Of a stretch of DNA of 56,083 nucleotides, positions 45,079-56,083 are shown in pieces; position 1 is the first letter of the stretch, and each line of letters opens with the position of its first letter. Made by a program: the position numbers and the translations under genes. Source of the stretch: Cirrosporium novae-zelandiae. Its lineage: Eukaryota. The DNA lies in assembly GCA_026023565.1 (NCBI GenBank), contig JAPETS010000023.1, positions 496,001 through 552,083 of the forward strand. The letters are read 5' to 3'. The notes below the pieces were generated by a model. That model made no database searches and had not been told where the DNA came from. It was given only the letters and a program-made list of their open reading frames with translations.

Positions 45079-47976
45079 CTAGAGCATTGCATTGTCGTGC
45101 ACAATTCGATGACCGATACTTTGCCTGATCCGTTGCCTTCTTGCTTCTTGTTTCTCTTCATGCCTTCTCTCACGTACATTCTCAAATTTCTGCTGGATGG
45201 CACGAAGTTTAGGAATCTGCAACTTTTGTGGCAGAGAATACAGGCGTCCCCTTTCACTACGGGATGAACTGCCCATGCTGCTATAGCTGCGTTGTCTGCG
45301 GATGCCTCCGTCCCGGCCGGTTGCCCTACGCGAGATTGATCTAATGAGATAGCGTGGGTTGCTCAATGCTCTCCTGGATGAAAAACCCAGCGAGTTGTTG
45401 ACCACATCATCATCAAAATCGGAATCCGATTCGCTATCGGATGTTTCCAGATCATTCCAAAAGCTTGCAGGACGCCAAAATGGATGCAACCTCTCATCAG
45501 AATATTCTTCCACTGACGGCCGTCGCTTGGCTTGGACTCGCCGCATGGTAGAAGCTCGCAAGAACGGGATCAGCGATTCCGAACGCCTCCGTGAACTGAG
45601 ACGTCGAAGTAGAGCCATTGGACGTCGACTATTTTCAGATGGTAGTCCTAATTGGCAATCTGGTTCGTCCATGGGCGTGGTCTCCATAGGAGTGGGGGGA
45701 ATGATTTTAACAGAGGGTGGTAGAGATGGCTGAGGTAGTTGAGGAAGTTGAGGAGTCCGAGGGGTCTGAGGCCGTTGAGGGAGCTGAGGTGGTTGGGGTG
45801 GTTCTCTTGGATTTTTTAGAGGAGAATCAACTTCTGCGACTGGTTTCGTCTGAGGCGGAGGAGTACTTGGTACTCCCGGTACGGTTAACACGGGACCTGA
45901 CTCGGAATTCCGACTTGGCTCAGAGTACCGAGACACAGCGTCAAAATAATCGCTTCCGTCAGATATACGCCTCGGGCTTTGCTGAATAACAAGTAGTGAT
46001 CGATTCTGATGAGGGTAGATCGTGATCGCTGTAGCTTCGCTAATCTCAATAGTTCCCGGCGAGGAGGACTGGATTGAGTGCTGTGAGAATGGCGTGTAGT
46101 TGTCATCTTGGGGTCTCAAAGAGGCCCAATCTCCAATGTGATGTTCATCTTGCGTTGAAGAATCACGGCTTCCATCTTTTGAAAGATTGGTAGAATCGCG
46201 ACTGTCGCGTTTGCTAAACACGATTAACCCACGACTATCTTGTGCTACTTGCGTCCCACTATGTTTCTCCGTCTTAGAACGCTCAATTTCGATACGTGGA
46301 GGATTCTGATTCTCTTCCTGGGCTACTTTTGGGGGGACAGTTACTGATGTTAATGATGCTGCCCTAGATGGATTTCTACTTGTCGGAGCCGATAAAGATG
46401 AGCTTCGAGCTGGTATATGAGGCTGGACATTTCTGCTTCTTATACTCTCTCTAGTTGAACTGTTCGATGGCTGCGAATCTGAGAAAGTTCTTCCGCGTCG
46501 GTGGGTCAGATCAAAATATCCAAGGGATTTGTCAGGAGCTGTTGCTGGTCTGGCAGAGTGGTATGATGAATTTGACACTGCTCTTGATGGCCCACTACTC
46601 GAACTAGAGGATTTTAGAGAAGATCGTCGTTCGGGAATGACAACAACCGGAATAGTCGTCGGCGGACTGTGGGCCAAGTGCAAATTGATGCTTGCAGAAG
46701 ATGCCATACTCAATCTCTTTCCCATGTCCAGCATTCTAGCTTTCCGGTGAAGCGAAGGTGAAATACCATCTACACTTGAGCACCATGAGTCACGATTATT
46801 ATTGAGCGGAGAGCTAAGAGCACGTAAAGAAGGGTGCTTGGCTGTATGACGAAGTGTTCGTTGTTTCGGAGGAAGCGTCTCGACTACTATTGCCTCAACA
46901 GTTGAAGAAGTTGTAGATATTCCAGACATTCTCCACTTATTCACCCGCTCATCAAGGCTAAAGCCATCGACTGAGGGAGGCCAATTGATGTTTTCTGCAA
47001 ATTTCTCGGTTGAAGGCGTGGCTGTATTGTTTCTGAGTTTATCAAGTCTGTGTCGTAGGCGAATACTATGCCCAGGAGAAGATTCCTCGCTAGGATATGT
47101 TGTATCCGTTGATGGAGACATTTGGGCCGATAGTGGTGACCGCTGGACTGGTTTGTTCCGTCGTCGCGTAGGCCTGACTCGGAAATCCTGTACTGATGCA
47201 CCATTTTGAGATTCATCAATCCGCTTATCCTGGGGTCCATCTAATGCCAAAAAGCGATTCCTATCCGAATGTAAATTGGTGTTCGACCAGGATCTTTGTT
47301 TTGTAGGCGTTCTATTAGCATCATCCGAACTTGGGCCAAGGCGAAATTTTAGATTCTCAGAAGTGCTAGTTATTAAATCTTGCCATCCTTTTCCGTCGTC
47401 AATCTCTCCATCATCCTCAGATTGTTGATTTTGACGACCATCATCTGACCCCAAAGGGCTTTCGCGGGCTGTCTCAAAAGATGTTGTACGGGAAGATCCA
47501 GAGTATATAGGTTTGGGAGGTTTTAATTTCACCTGTGCTCGCCCAGCTTCCTCTGGGGGGGTGATGTCTGGTGTGAGCGGACTTCGTTGATTCACCGGAG
47601 TAGCAGGTTCTGGCTGTTGCTTGGATTCGACCAATGAATCATACCCACCATCTAACGTGGCACCGGATAATGTATCAGACCCTTCTGGAGGTAGTCGTGG
47701 GGGCGTGGGAGGTAGAATCCGTGCGGTTTCGGTTGTTCGAGTCGACTCGGTCGAGCTTTTGGCTATAGGACCTCGAACAAAGCCATTTTGTTCTGATTGC
47801 CCGTTGATAAATTGACCTCGAAGGTCGGAGGTATCATGAAGATGAGTCAAATGATATGGACGCGTTGTTGGTGATATCTGCCTTTTCTTTGGTAACCCTT
47901 TGTGAGGTTTCAACGAAGAGATGTTTAGAGTAGGGGTGCTTGACGATGGATTTGGAACCTCAAAGGTTGGCATCAT
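45079..47976 (-). CDS. Large Ser/Pro/Arg-rich, probably disordered protein (about 965 aa), function unknown
   Basis: Uninterrupted 2.9-kb ORF; first ATG at 47976. Short motif islands: STVEAIVV, RTLRH, ISEATAITIYPHQNRSLLVIQQ, VDSPLKNPREPPQPP, KIIPPTP, RLHPFWRP. Confidence 0.85.
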   Translation of the reverse strand: MMPTFEVPNPSSSTPTLNISSLKPHKGLPKKRQISPTTRPYHLTHLHDTSDLRGQFINGQSEQNGFVRGPIAKSSTESTRTTETARILPPTPPRLPPEGSDTLSGATLDGGYDSLVESKQQPEPATPVNQRSPLTPDITPPEEAGRAQVKLKPPKPIYSGSSRTTSFETARESPLGSDDGRQNQQSEDDGEIDDGKGWQDLITSTSENLKFRLGPSSDDANRTPTKQRSWSNTNLHSDRNRFLALDGPQDKRIDESQNGASVQDFRVRPTRRRNKPVQRSPLSAQMSPSTDTTYPSEESSPGHSIRLRHRLDKLRNNTATPSTEKFAENINWPPSVDGFSLDERVNKWRMSGISTTSSTVEAIVVETLPPKQRTLRHTAKHPSLRALSSPLNNNRDSWCSSVDGISPSLHRKARMLDMGKRLSMASSASINLHLAHSPPTTIPVVVIPERRSSLKSSSSSSGPSRAVSNSSYHSARPATAPDKSLGYFDLTHRRGRTFSDSQPSNSSTRESIRSRNVQPHIPARSSSLSAPTSRNPSRAASLTSVTVPPKVAQEENQNPPRIEIERSKTEKHSGTQVAQDSRGLIVFSKRDSRDSTNLSKDGSRDSSTQDEHHIGDWASLRPQDDNYTPFSQHSIQSSSPGTIEISEATAITIYPHQNRSLLVIQQSPRRISDGSDYFDAVSRYSEPSRNSESGPVLTVPGVPSTPPPQTKPVAEVDSPLKNPREPPQPPQLPQRPQTPRTPQLPQLPQPSLPPSVKIIPPTPMETTPMDEPDCQLGLPSENSRRPMALLRRLSSRRRSESLIPFLRASTMRRVQAKRRPSVEEYSDERLHPFWRPASFWNDLETSDSESDSDFDDDVVNNSLGFSSRRALSNPRYLIRSISRRATGRDGGIRRQRSYSSMGSSSRSERGRLYSLPQKLQIPKLRAIQQKFENVRERRHEEKQEARRQRIRQSIGHRIVHDNAML

Positions 47977-50276
47977 GTCAGTTTTGCGACACACAAGTCA
48001 CGCCTTATCCTTCGATTAGACCTCTCGGTTGCTGTTTCAATTTCTCGTGTCTGAGCTCAGGTCTCCTTCCACTTGAACATTTTCAAAACAGGTTAGCCAC
48101 CTTATCGTTTAGTTGTTGGGTCCTATTCGATGAATCTATGCATTTTTCTGTTCGATGATGGTGCGTCGTAGTTTGAAAGGAGCTCGAAAGGAGGTAAGGT
48201 GACGAGTGAGGCGGGAAGTAGGTGTCGAAACTAGATTCACTGTGTAGGGCAAAGAAAATTGGAAATGAGGGTTGACTGAAAGTACTTTGTCGAGTCCTGC
48301 CTCGATTAGCAATTGTGGATGGATGCAGCAATCCCGGAGCGCATTGCTGCGCGAACGCAATGGTGGAGGTCTCAAACGATTGTTGATATGGATGATGGTG
48401 GTTCGAGTGCACACAGCAGCTATCAGATAAGGAGAAAGAACGTGAAGGAATAGATAATTGTTTTGAGTTGATAACTAGTTGAAGGGGTTAGAGAATAAAG
48501 AAGAGTTTGAAGATTGTCGCTCGTGGAAATGGTCCAGGATGCTGACGATAATGATGTCGCAAGCCGCGAAAGTATCCGGGATCCGTGTTCTGGAGAGTAG
48601 AGTTACGAACTTTGGCCTTTTAGTTACAAGAGTGTGAAGTAACAGCCAACAACTCTAAGAATAGATAGATGGTCTAGAGAGTAGACGTAAGAATTATGGA
48701 GAAGAATTTTAACAGCTGTACTGTGTTGTATGTGTGGTAGTTTCAGCTTCACAGTTAACAGCTGAGACAAGAGCAATACAATAAGGCGAAAGGTAAGAAA
48801 AGATCTCTCTCGCTCTCTTTGCTCTCTCTTTCGCGCGCTTTATCTCTCTTTCGTACTAAAAGTAATGTAATGTATGGGGGCTGGGACTGGCGAGGATTTG
48901 AACCAAAGATACCCCAAAGGACACCAAGGACACCAAAGGCGAATGTTCCACGTTGAATGGCAACAAAAGGTGTGTTGCCATGTAAAGAAAAGACCAATCG
49001 GATGATACGAGAGAGAATATTACACCTATGCATGTACAGGCACGACAGGCTCTATTGCTCTACATAAGTCCAGGACAAGTACTTTAGCTGCAGTAGCTGT
49101 TTCTATTGGAGCCACCTTCCTGAAATCCTATGACAGCCGCTCGCTGCATGCAGCCCAAGAACTTGATTCTTCTTAGATGGTCTACCATGCTACGGAATCC
49201 CGAACTGACCGATTACCACCTTCGAAACCTGACCATTACCACCATCATTATAACTTATAACTTTATCCCTTTCACCTTCTTCTTCATCATCATCATCATC
49301 TCATCATCGTCATCACGTTAATGCTCTTACAAATTTGCATGATTACTGAAGCTGAAACTATCAGTTAGAAATTAGAAATTATAAATAATATTCTATCAAA
49401 CCATGACCTACCACCGTGCCACCCAATCCAAGTATCTAGGATCCATGCATTGTTGATACCTTCCACAAAACCCTCATTTCTTTCATCTAATGGTGGCTTC
49501 ATGCACAATGCCCTCAAAGTATTCTATCCCACCGTGCTCTTCTAAGACGATGCAAGCCACGAGTAGGGAGAGCCAGATCCGCAGAATATGTTATTTTCCT
49601 CCCGGGACCTTCACACACAAAAGTGATAGTTCACTTCTATTTAAATTGTTGATATTAGCTGCCCCATCAGACATCTAGATGGATAAATTTCATCACAGAT
49701 TTGAATCTTGTAGCTTGACCTCCAATTCCACCTCAATTGCTTTTCAAGAGGTCTTGGTTCAAAGACCGTAGCCAATATTGAATATATAAGGGCTTTATTG
49801 CAGATCATACAAGCGATATGCAACAACATGACCACAATAGTAGCCGAGGAAGTAAACCAAGTTGCAAGTAGCTATTGCCTTGGTGTGCTCATGATTGTAT
49901 TCATGGAGATCTTGCCATCCATCTTAGCTTCAGTTATCCCAGAAGGCTTGTGCATCCCGGCTATATGGTCTTCTCTCCACAAATACCACCATCCCCTTTC
50001 GTTTCAATGCAACACACCTCTTCTTTCAATTCCCATCTATTGTCATAATAATTGTTTTCCAGGTCAATATGACCATCATTTTTTAGTAACAGTTTCCAGT
50101 CCAAATGTACGATATTTTGCGTGGCTAGACAGCCTCGGATAGTCCTCCGCGTGGTAGTACCCGGTAGGTTCGGCACTTTCCTTGGTATTCATGCTGTTCC
50201 ACGGGCGATTCTTAGATGGACCTGAGACTGATCAAAAGTAACAGTATATCACTATCATATCCCCACGACCCCAGCC

Positions 50277-51836
50277 TCATATATAGTTTTCTTCTGTCGG
50301 CGTTCTCTCGTCAGAATCTGTGGGAAAGCTTTGGACGACCTCCGACCAGGCTATTGAATCTTGCAGACCTGCATCATCAAACAAGCTTCTAGTCTGCGGG
50401 AGCTCCTCAGGTTGCTGTTCCTCCTGTGGAGAAAATACAGCCTCCTCTTCATCGTCTTCGGGTTTATCCCCACTATTATCAATGAAGCCTACTGACTTGC
50501 TAATACCAGAAGTTGGGTGCGAAACTTCTTGAACAACGTCTCCATCCCATGGTTTGCACTCCTTCACTATCTCTCCACATCGTAAACACACCCATCCATC
50601 TCCTTCCTCCGCGTCAAGTCTCTGAGCAAGGCAGACAAAGCAATAAATACAGCCACAAGGAACTGTCTCGTAAGGATTTGTAATATCGGTTTGAGCTGAG
50701 CCAATTACTCCCCCTGAAGAGGCAGCCATAATATCCTGTTCTGAAGCATTTGTTGGATTCTGATCTTGATAGCAAATAGCGCAAGTTCTCTCTGGCAAAA
50801 ATGATAGCTCTCCACCAGACTTTGTTATTTCTTGGCCTTCATCGCCACTTGATTTAAGCACATTTTTTGTTTTCCGCCAAGCTTTAGCCAGCCATCGACG
50901 CCATCTGGTGATCCCCACAAGTGGTAGTAGGAAGAGTAAGAATTCTGTAAATGCGTGCCAGACCAGCTGTCGATTTAAATACTCAAATGACACCTCCCGG
51001 CTAATCTGGCTTGACGGGGATACAAGACGAAGGCGGAGTATACGGTCAGTCAGTGTCCGATATCGACCGTTGACAAGAAAAATAAGGAACGACGCGAAGC
51101 CAGCTATGGAGTGAAGTGTGGACGCGGTCGATGTCAGATGGGACAACGCGCGTACATTATCCGACGGCTGCATCATCAGCTTAATGTCCATACGGAGATG
51201 CGGGGGATTTGCATACCTCCTCATACCCTCCTTCTTGGTCAACCAACCAATTTCCCCATTTTGTCCAAGCATATCGGCCAACAACCGTAAACAATCCATA
51301 GAGTGATTTCTGCCCCAACGTTGGTAGCTCTGGCACAGCGCTTTTATTTCGGGCATCGGAATATCTGAGGTTTTGAAGAGAAGCGCCATACGATGCATTA
51401 TGATCCCATATAGAAAGCTTGAACAAAATGGCGCGAAGCATAAGCAGTATTTCCGGGGACCATTCGTCTTGTAGATGTGACTAGGGAAATATTAGTAAAT
51501 TGGTTCGGCCTTTCTATTAAGACATTATCATACCCCATAATACTTCAGGGACTCTCCGACTTGACTCTTTAAGAGGGCCAATAACTCCTCATCGAGGAGT
51601 TCGGCGTCAACCTGGCCCACCCTGAAGGAAGGCCTGGTACCTTCCCTTCCCTTGATAAGATCCCATAAGTTTACTCCCGCTCTCCCTGCTTGTGATAAAG
51701 GATATGGCAATCGACTTAGACGCGATGATTGGAATTGGTGGTTTCGTCGTGCCTCTTCAGCCTGTATCTCTGCTTGTCTCAGACTGCGCCGGGCGAGGAT
51801 CCTCTCCTGAGCAGCAACGAAATCGGGCGTAGTCAT
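50277..51836 (-). CDS. PEX2: Peroxin-2 (RING-finger peroxin)
   Basis: Exons 51836-51534, 51480-51217, 51167-50277. Motifs FRVGQVDAELLDEEL, SYGASLQNLRY, GRYRTLTDRIL, REVSFEYLNRQLVWHAFTEFLLF, and RING CAIC...CGCIYCFVC...CLRC. Confidence 0.96.
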
Positions 51837-52344
51837 CCTGCTCTCATGATAGGTTATCTCTCTGAAGATGCAAACTGGTAAAGGAAAGATGATAATTTGG
51901 TCGAAGAAGATTCAAATGTATGTATAGTAATTAAGGAAAGTAATGAAGGGATTTACCGAGGTAACATATACTGTACAGGACTCACTCACACACATACACA
52001 CACCAAAGGATGATGCGAATGAATTGTTTAGCGGGATCTAATGCGGGCCAACCTTAAAGACAGACCCAATCAAAATAATGTCATGCAGATCTAAAGTGAC
52101 TGATATCAAAATGATCAAATTCACCACTATACTTTGTGCCTATGTAAGATATCGGTACACCTTCGCTATTCTTTGATTTGTCTAAAACCGTCAATAATAT
52201 CTTCCAAATCTCACTCAACTTCTATGGCGTATTTTATGACACTTCCGTTTCAAATGTCCCGATGACCGTTAACCAGCTCCCTCCGAACTCAGAATTCCCA
52301 CCATCAATCTATTTGAATTTGATTGAATTTCTTGAACCCACGCC

Positions 52345-55300
52345 ATGAACGGTGCCATCGAGCTCCCCGGTGAGGCTAGTCCTCTCAGCGTTCAGACTCT
52401 AGCAGCTACTTTGCATGCAGCTACCACATCATCCCAACAACAAATACAAACCAGTACTCGGCAACTGCAGATCTGGGAAAGCAATGAAAACTATTACAAC
52501 TTCCTGCAGGTGGGTTTGCCCTAGAACCTTCAAATTTCCTTATAGGAACTAGATCGATATTAAGATATTTCTAGGACATTTTCATGTCAAGGGAGCTTCC
52601 TTTGGAAGTAAGGTACTTGTCTATAATTCAAATAAAAAATGGCATTGATAAATATTGGAGGAAGCACATATCGGCAAGGCATGGACAATCTATAGCCCGA
52701 AGATGCTGAGATACTGACACTCTCCAGATCGCCTATGACGCCCACTACAAAAGAACTCTACAAGAGACATATAATCGGCAATGGAGTGAATGAGCCGAAT
52801 GAGCAACTCGCCTTGCAAAATGCACTTGCTATTGCCAAGATTATCAGACTCGAGTTCCCGGAAAAATGGTAAGTAGACATGGTCTAGTGATATGCAACAG
52901 TTACACAAGCCGGCAACTCCTAACGATTCATCAGGCCCACGGCAATCACAGAAGTTTTGGATCATTTACGTGACGCCACTAAGCCCGGGGCTCCCTTCAT
53001 CCAGCTACCCCGTACCCTCTTGATCCTACTACAGATAATCAAGGAGCTATCCACCGGTAGATTAATGAGGAGCCGGAAAAGCCTCCAATCTATATCCCCA
53101 GAAATTCTTCAGCTCCTAGGACAGATATATGTAGAGAAGGTTCAAAACTGGAAAGCATATCTTGGTGCAAGTGATGCTTCCGAGGAGAATGTCCTAGATA
53201 GTATGAACCAGAGCCTCTTGGCTATCAAAATCCTCCGTCGACTCCTCATTACAGGCATTGAACATCCACATCGAGAAAAAGATGTGCAGGAATTCTGGAC
53301 CATCACGAGACTCCACCAGGGGGAATTTTCTACAACTTTAAATCACGGATCACAAGGGTTGAAAGATTCGTTCGCCGGTTTGATTGAGCGGCATTTGATC
53401 CAAATTTCGAAGCTGCATGTGGATATGATCAAGTCCCATCCAGCGGCATTTGCTCTCCTACCAGGCTCTGTAAACCTCTTGCAGGCATATTGGCAGTTAA
53501 TCCAGGGGTTCTCAGCAACTTACGGCTCTAAAGTCCCTGGTACTGGATCGAAGATTGGAGCTAACGGCGACGCTGACGAGGAAGGACCACTCTTGCCTGA
53601 GAAGCTCTGCCTGAAAGGGCTTTTACTTTTCCGAGCATGCTGCAAAATGACATTCAATCCCGTCCATACATTCAAATACCAGCATCCCCAAGACAAGGAA
53701 GAGCGCAAACAATCTACAGAGTTGATGAAACGTGAAGTGCTAACAGATGGTCTTGTCCTTAACATGATGGAAACACTTGTTACTAAGTTCTTTGTCTTTC
53801 GTGCTAGTGACCTAAAAGAATGGGAAGAGGAACCTGAAGAATGGGAACGCAGAGAAGAAGGGCTTGAAAATGCTTGGGAATTTTCGGTTCGAACATGCTC
53901 AGAAAAGCTCTTCCTCGACCTAATGATCAACTTCGATCATCTTCTCAAGGAGCCATTGTTGACCGTTTTCGCGACCGTCTCAACGCCTCAAAACCGTGAT
54001 ATTCTCTTAAAAGACTCGATTTACTCGGCTATTGGACTCGCTGCTGCTGTCCTGGAATCCAACCTTGACTTTGACACATTCTTGAGCAACACTCTCGTTC
54101 CAGAGGTCCAAGTCCAAGAGCAAGGCTACAACATCCTACGACGCCGCATAGCTATCTTACTTGGTCAATGGGTTCCAGTCAAAATCACAGGTCTTAACCG
54201 GCCGCTTGTCTACCAAATATTTCAACATCTTCTAGACAACAGTGACCCTCTCAATGACCAGGTCGTCCGAGTAACTGCCGCTCGGCAATTCAAGAATATT
54301 GCTGATCCATTTGAATTCGTTGTTAGCGATTTCATGCCTTACGCTCCCGACATTCTAGGACGAATCATGTCCCTGATAGAAGAAGTCGAGTTACCCGAAA
54401 TAAAGATGGCTCTCTTAGATACGATTGGAGTCTTAGTTGTAAAACTTGAATCCCACATCACGTTGTACTCAGATCAAATCGTTTCCTTGCTCCCAGCTCT
54501 CTGGGCGCAATCTGGTGAACAACATCTCATGAAACAAGCGATCCTCGCACTCTTAACCCGCCTTCTCACGTCCATGGGCGACGAATCCCGTCGCTACCAC
54601 CAACTAATTCTCCCACTTATCCAAAATTCCCTCGAACCAAATTCCGAAGCTGCGGTCTACCTTCTCGAAGACGCGCTCGACCTCTGGCACACAGTTCTAA
54701 TTCAGACGCCCTCCCCTGCTTCCCCCGAACTCGTCGCCCTTTCCAACTACCTCTTTCAAATCTACGAAGTTGGCAGCGAAAATCTACGCAAAGCCCTCGA
54801 CATTAGTGAATCCTACTTTCTTCTTGCCCCGCAAGCCCTACTCGCTGACACCCTCCGGCCCCGCTTCCTCAACGCCTTTGCGGCTCTACTCGGCAGCCTC
54901 AAGAACGACGCAAACGGCATCGTTCCCCATGTTGTTGAGATTCTCCTTCAACAAGGCGAGAACCTCGGAGGCGAAGCCGCCCTCACGATCTTAACCCGCG
55001 ATCTTGTGGAAAGCGGATTCCTAGGCAAGCTCTTGGAGGGTTTACACAATTCCTACCAGGCCAATCAAGGGACAGGCCCAAATCGCAAATTCCCCGCCAT
55101 TCACGGGGTCGTTGAAACAGATTACTTCAGCGTCCTGGCACGCCTCGCGTTGGCGAGTCCCTCCAACTTTGTCGCCGCGATTCAAGCACTCGGACCGTCC
55201 CGGGGAGAAGACGTCGATACAACGATGGACTGGCTACTGAAGGAGTGGTTCGGACATTTTGATGTTATCGGTGATCCGAGCAGGAAGAAGTTGATGTGTT

Positions 55301-55853
55301 TGGCGGTGACAAAGCTGCTAGAGACGGGGAGTGGATGGATGTTGTCAAAACTACAGGATCTGATGGTTGCATGGACTGGGACGGTAGTCGAGTTGGAGGA
55401 GGGGCTTCTCTTTGATGAGACGGCGGAAGGTCGGGGTAAAGAGTGAGTACCATAACCACCTCCTCACTTAAGTATACTCATCGAACAAACTAACCTTTGA
55501 ACCTACCAGTTGTCTTGTCTTTTGGGACGATCCAAACAAACTAAAATCGGAAGATAAAGAATCCCCTGAAGAAGAACGTCGAAGACACGTAAGCCTCTCT
55601 TCCTCCCCATCCATTCGTCCCATTCTTTCATCTTATCCATCTCCCCCCCAAAGACAAAAACTAACCCCACCCTTTATAGCTCCTAATCCACGACCCCGTA
55701 CACCGCATCGTCCTCCGCGACTTTATCCGCTCACACCTCCAATCGACCATCGCCAACTGCGGCGGCCAGGAAGCATTCCAACGAGACTGGCTCGTCAACG
55801 TTGACAAGGACATTGTGAGTTCGTTTGGGGGGTTGGAAATTCTTTCTGGATGA
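52345..55853 (+). CDS. Importin-11 / Kap120 (importin-beta family)
   Basis: Exons 52345-52509, 52575-52678, 52728-52868, 52935-55442, 55510-55588, 55680-55853. IBN_N motif KNGIDKYWRK, AKIIRLEFPEKWP, DLKEWEEEPEEW, ILRRRIAILLGQW, DPVH near the C-terminus. Intron 2 is GC-AG. Confidence 0.92.
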
Positions 55854-56083
55854 TTTGTCATATTGTGTTTATGTTTCAGAGTTAATTCGTTGCTGCTTGT
55901 GTTTTTTTTTCTAATGAGGGAAGGGGGTATGTTGGTGATGTTGATGCTGACGAAGACGATGAATATGATTATGGGCTTATATATTTTTGGTGGATGGCAT
56001 GGTGTGTAGCTTAGCAAAGCGTATTAATCCTGGGCTACGGAGGGCCGGGGTTGGGGGGGGGGGGGGTGTTTACATAGAAGGCG

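Noticed and set aside
51168..51398. N-terminal part of the 373-aa PEX2 ORF in the track
   Set aside because: Out-of-frame read through exon 2 and intron 2. The true frame is recovered by splicing.
1..56083. tRNA, rRNA, CRISPR arrays, intact transposons
   Set aside because: None recognised by eye. The tandem repeats lack spacers, and no transposase/RT ORF or TIR/LTR pair was seen. A tRNAscan/Rfam run would be needed to exclude small RNAs.

Overview
Intron-containing DNA from a filamentous ascomycete (Pezizomycotina). Evidence: short GT-AG introns with CTRAY branch sites and typical gene content; the exact taxon cannot be fixed from sequence. Intact genes, left to right: U5 snRNP 40-kDa WD40 protein (-), BET3 (+), Som1/SomA LisH regulator (+), noxA (-) head-to-head with noxD/pro41 (+), an S/T-rich single-pass membrane ORF, an L-rhamnose cluster (lraA, rhaR, lraC), a small Cys/His-rich protein, a probable orphan gene, a NAT/NCS2 permease, RPL31, a Leu3/LeuB-like Zn2Cys6 factor, a long disordered protein, PEX2 and importin-11/Kap120. 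Four decayed genes are hidden between them and are missed by the ORF track: a DUF1772 gene with a nonsense codon, a HET-domain pseudogene, a fragmented amidohydrolase (deaminase-type) pseudogene, and a possible 5' stub of the missing lraB. The most interesting leads are: (1) the permease has a non-canonical NAT signature and is paired divergently with the deaminase relic, a candidate uncharacterised uptake-plus-deamination module; (2) Som1 encodes two alternative, almost equal-length acidic C-terminal tails, one inside its last intron; (3) the DUF1772 nonsense codon itself forms a branch site that allows in-frame skipping; (4) the rhamnose cluster lacks an intact lactonase but keeps CGG-N11-CCG sites. 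No tRNA, rRNA, CRISPR array or intact transposon was recognised. All exon structures were derived by eye and family calls rest on motif recognition, not database searches.
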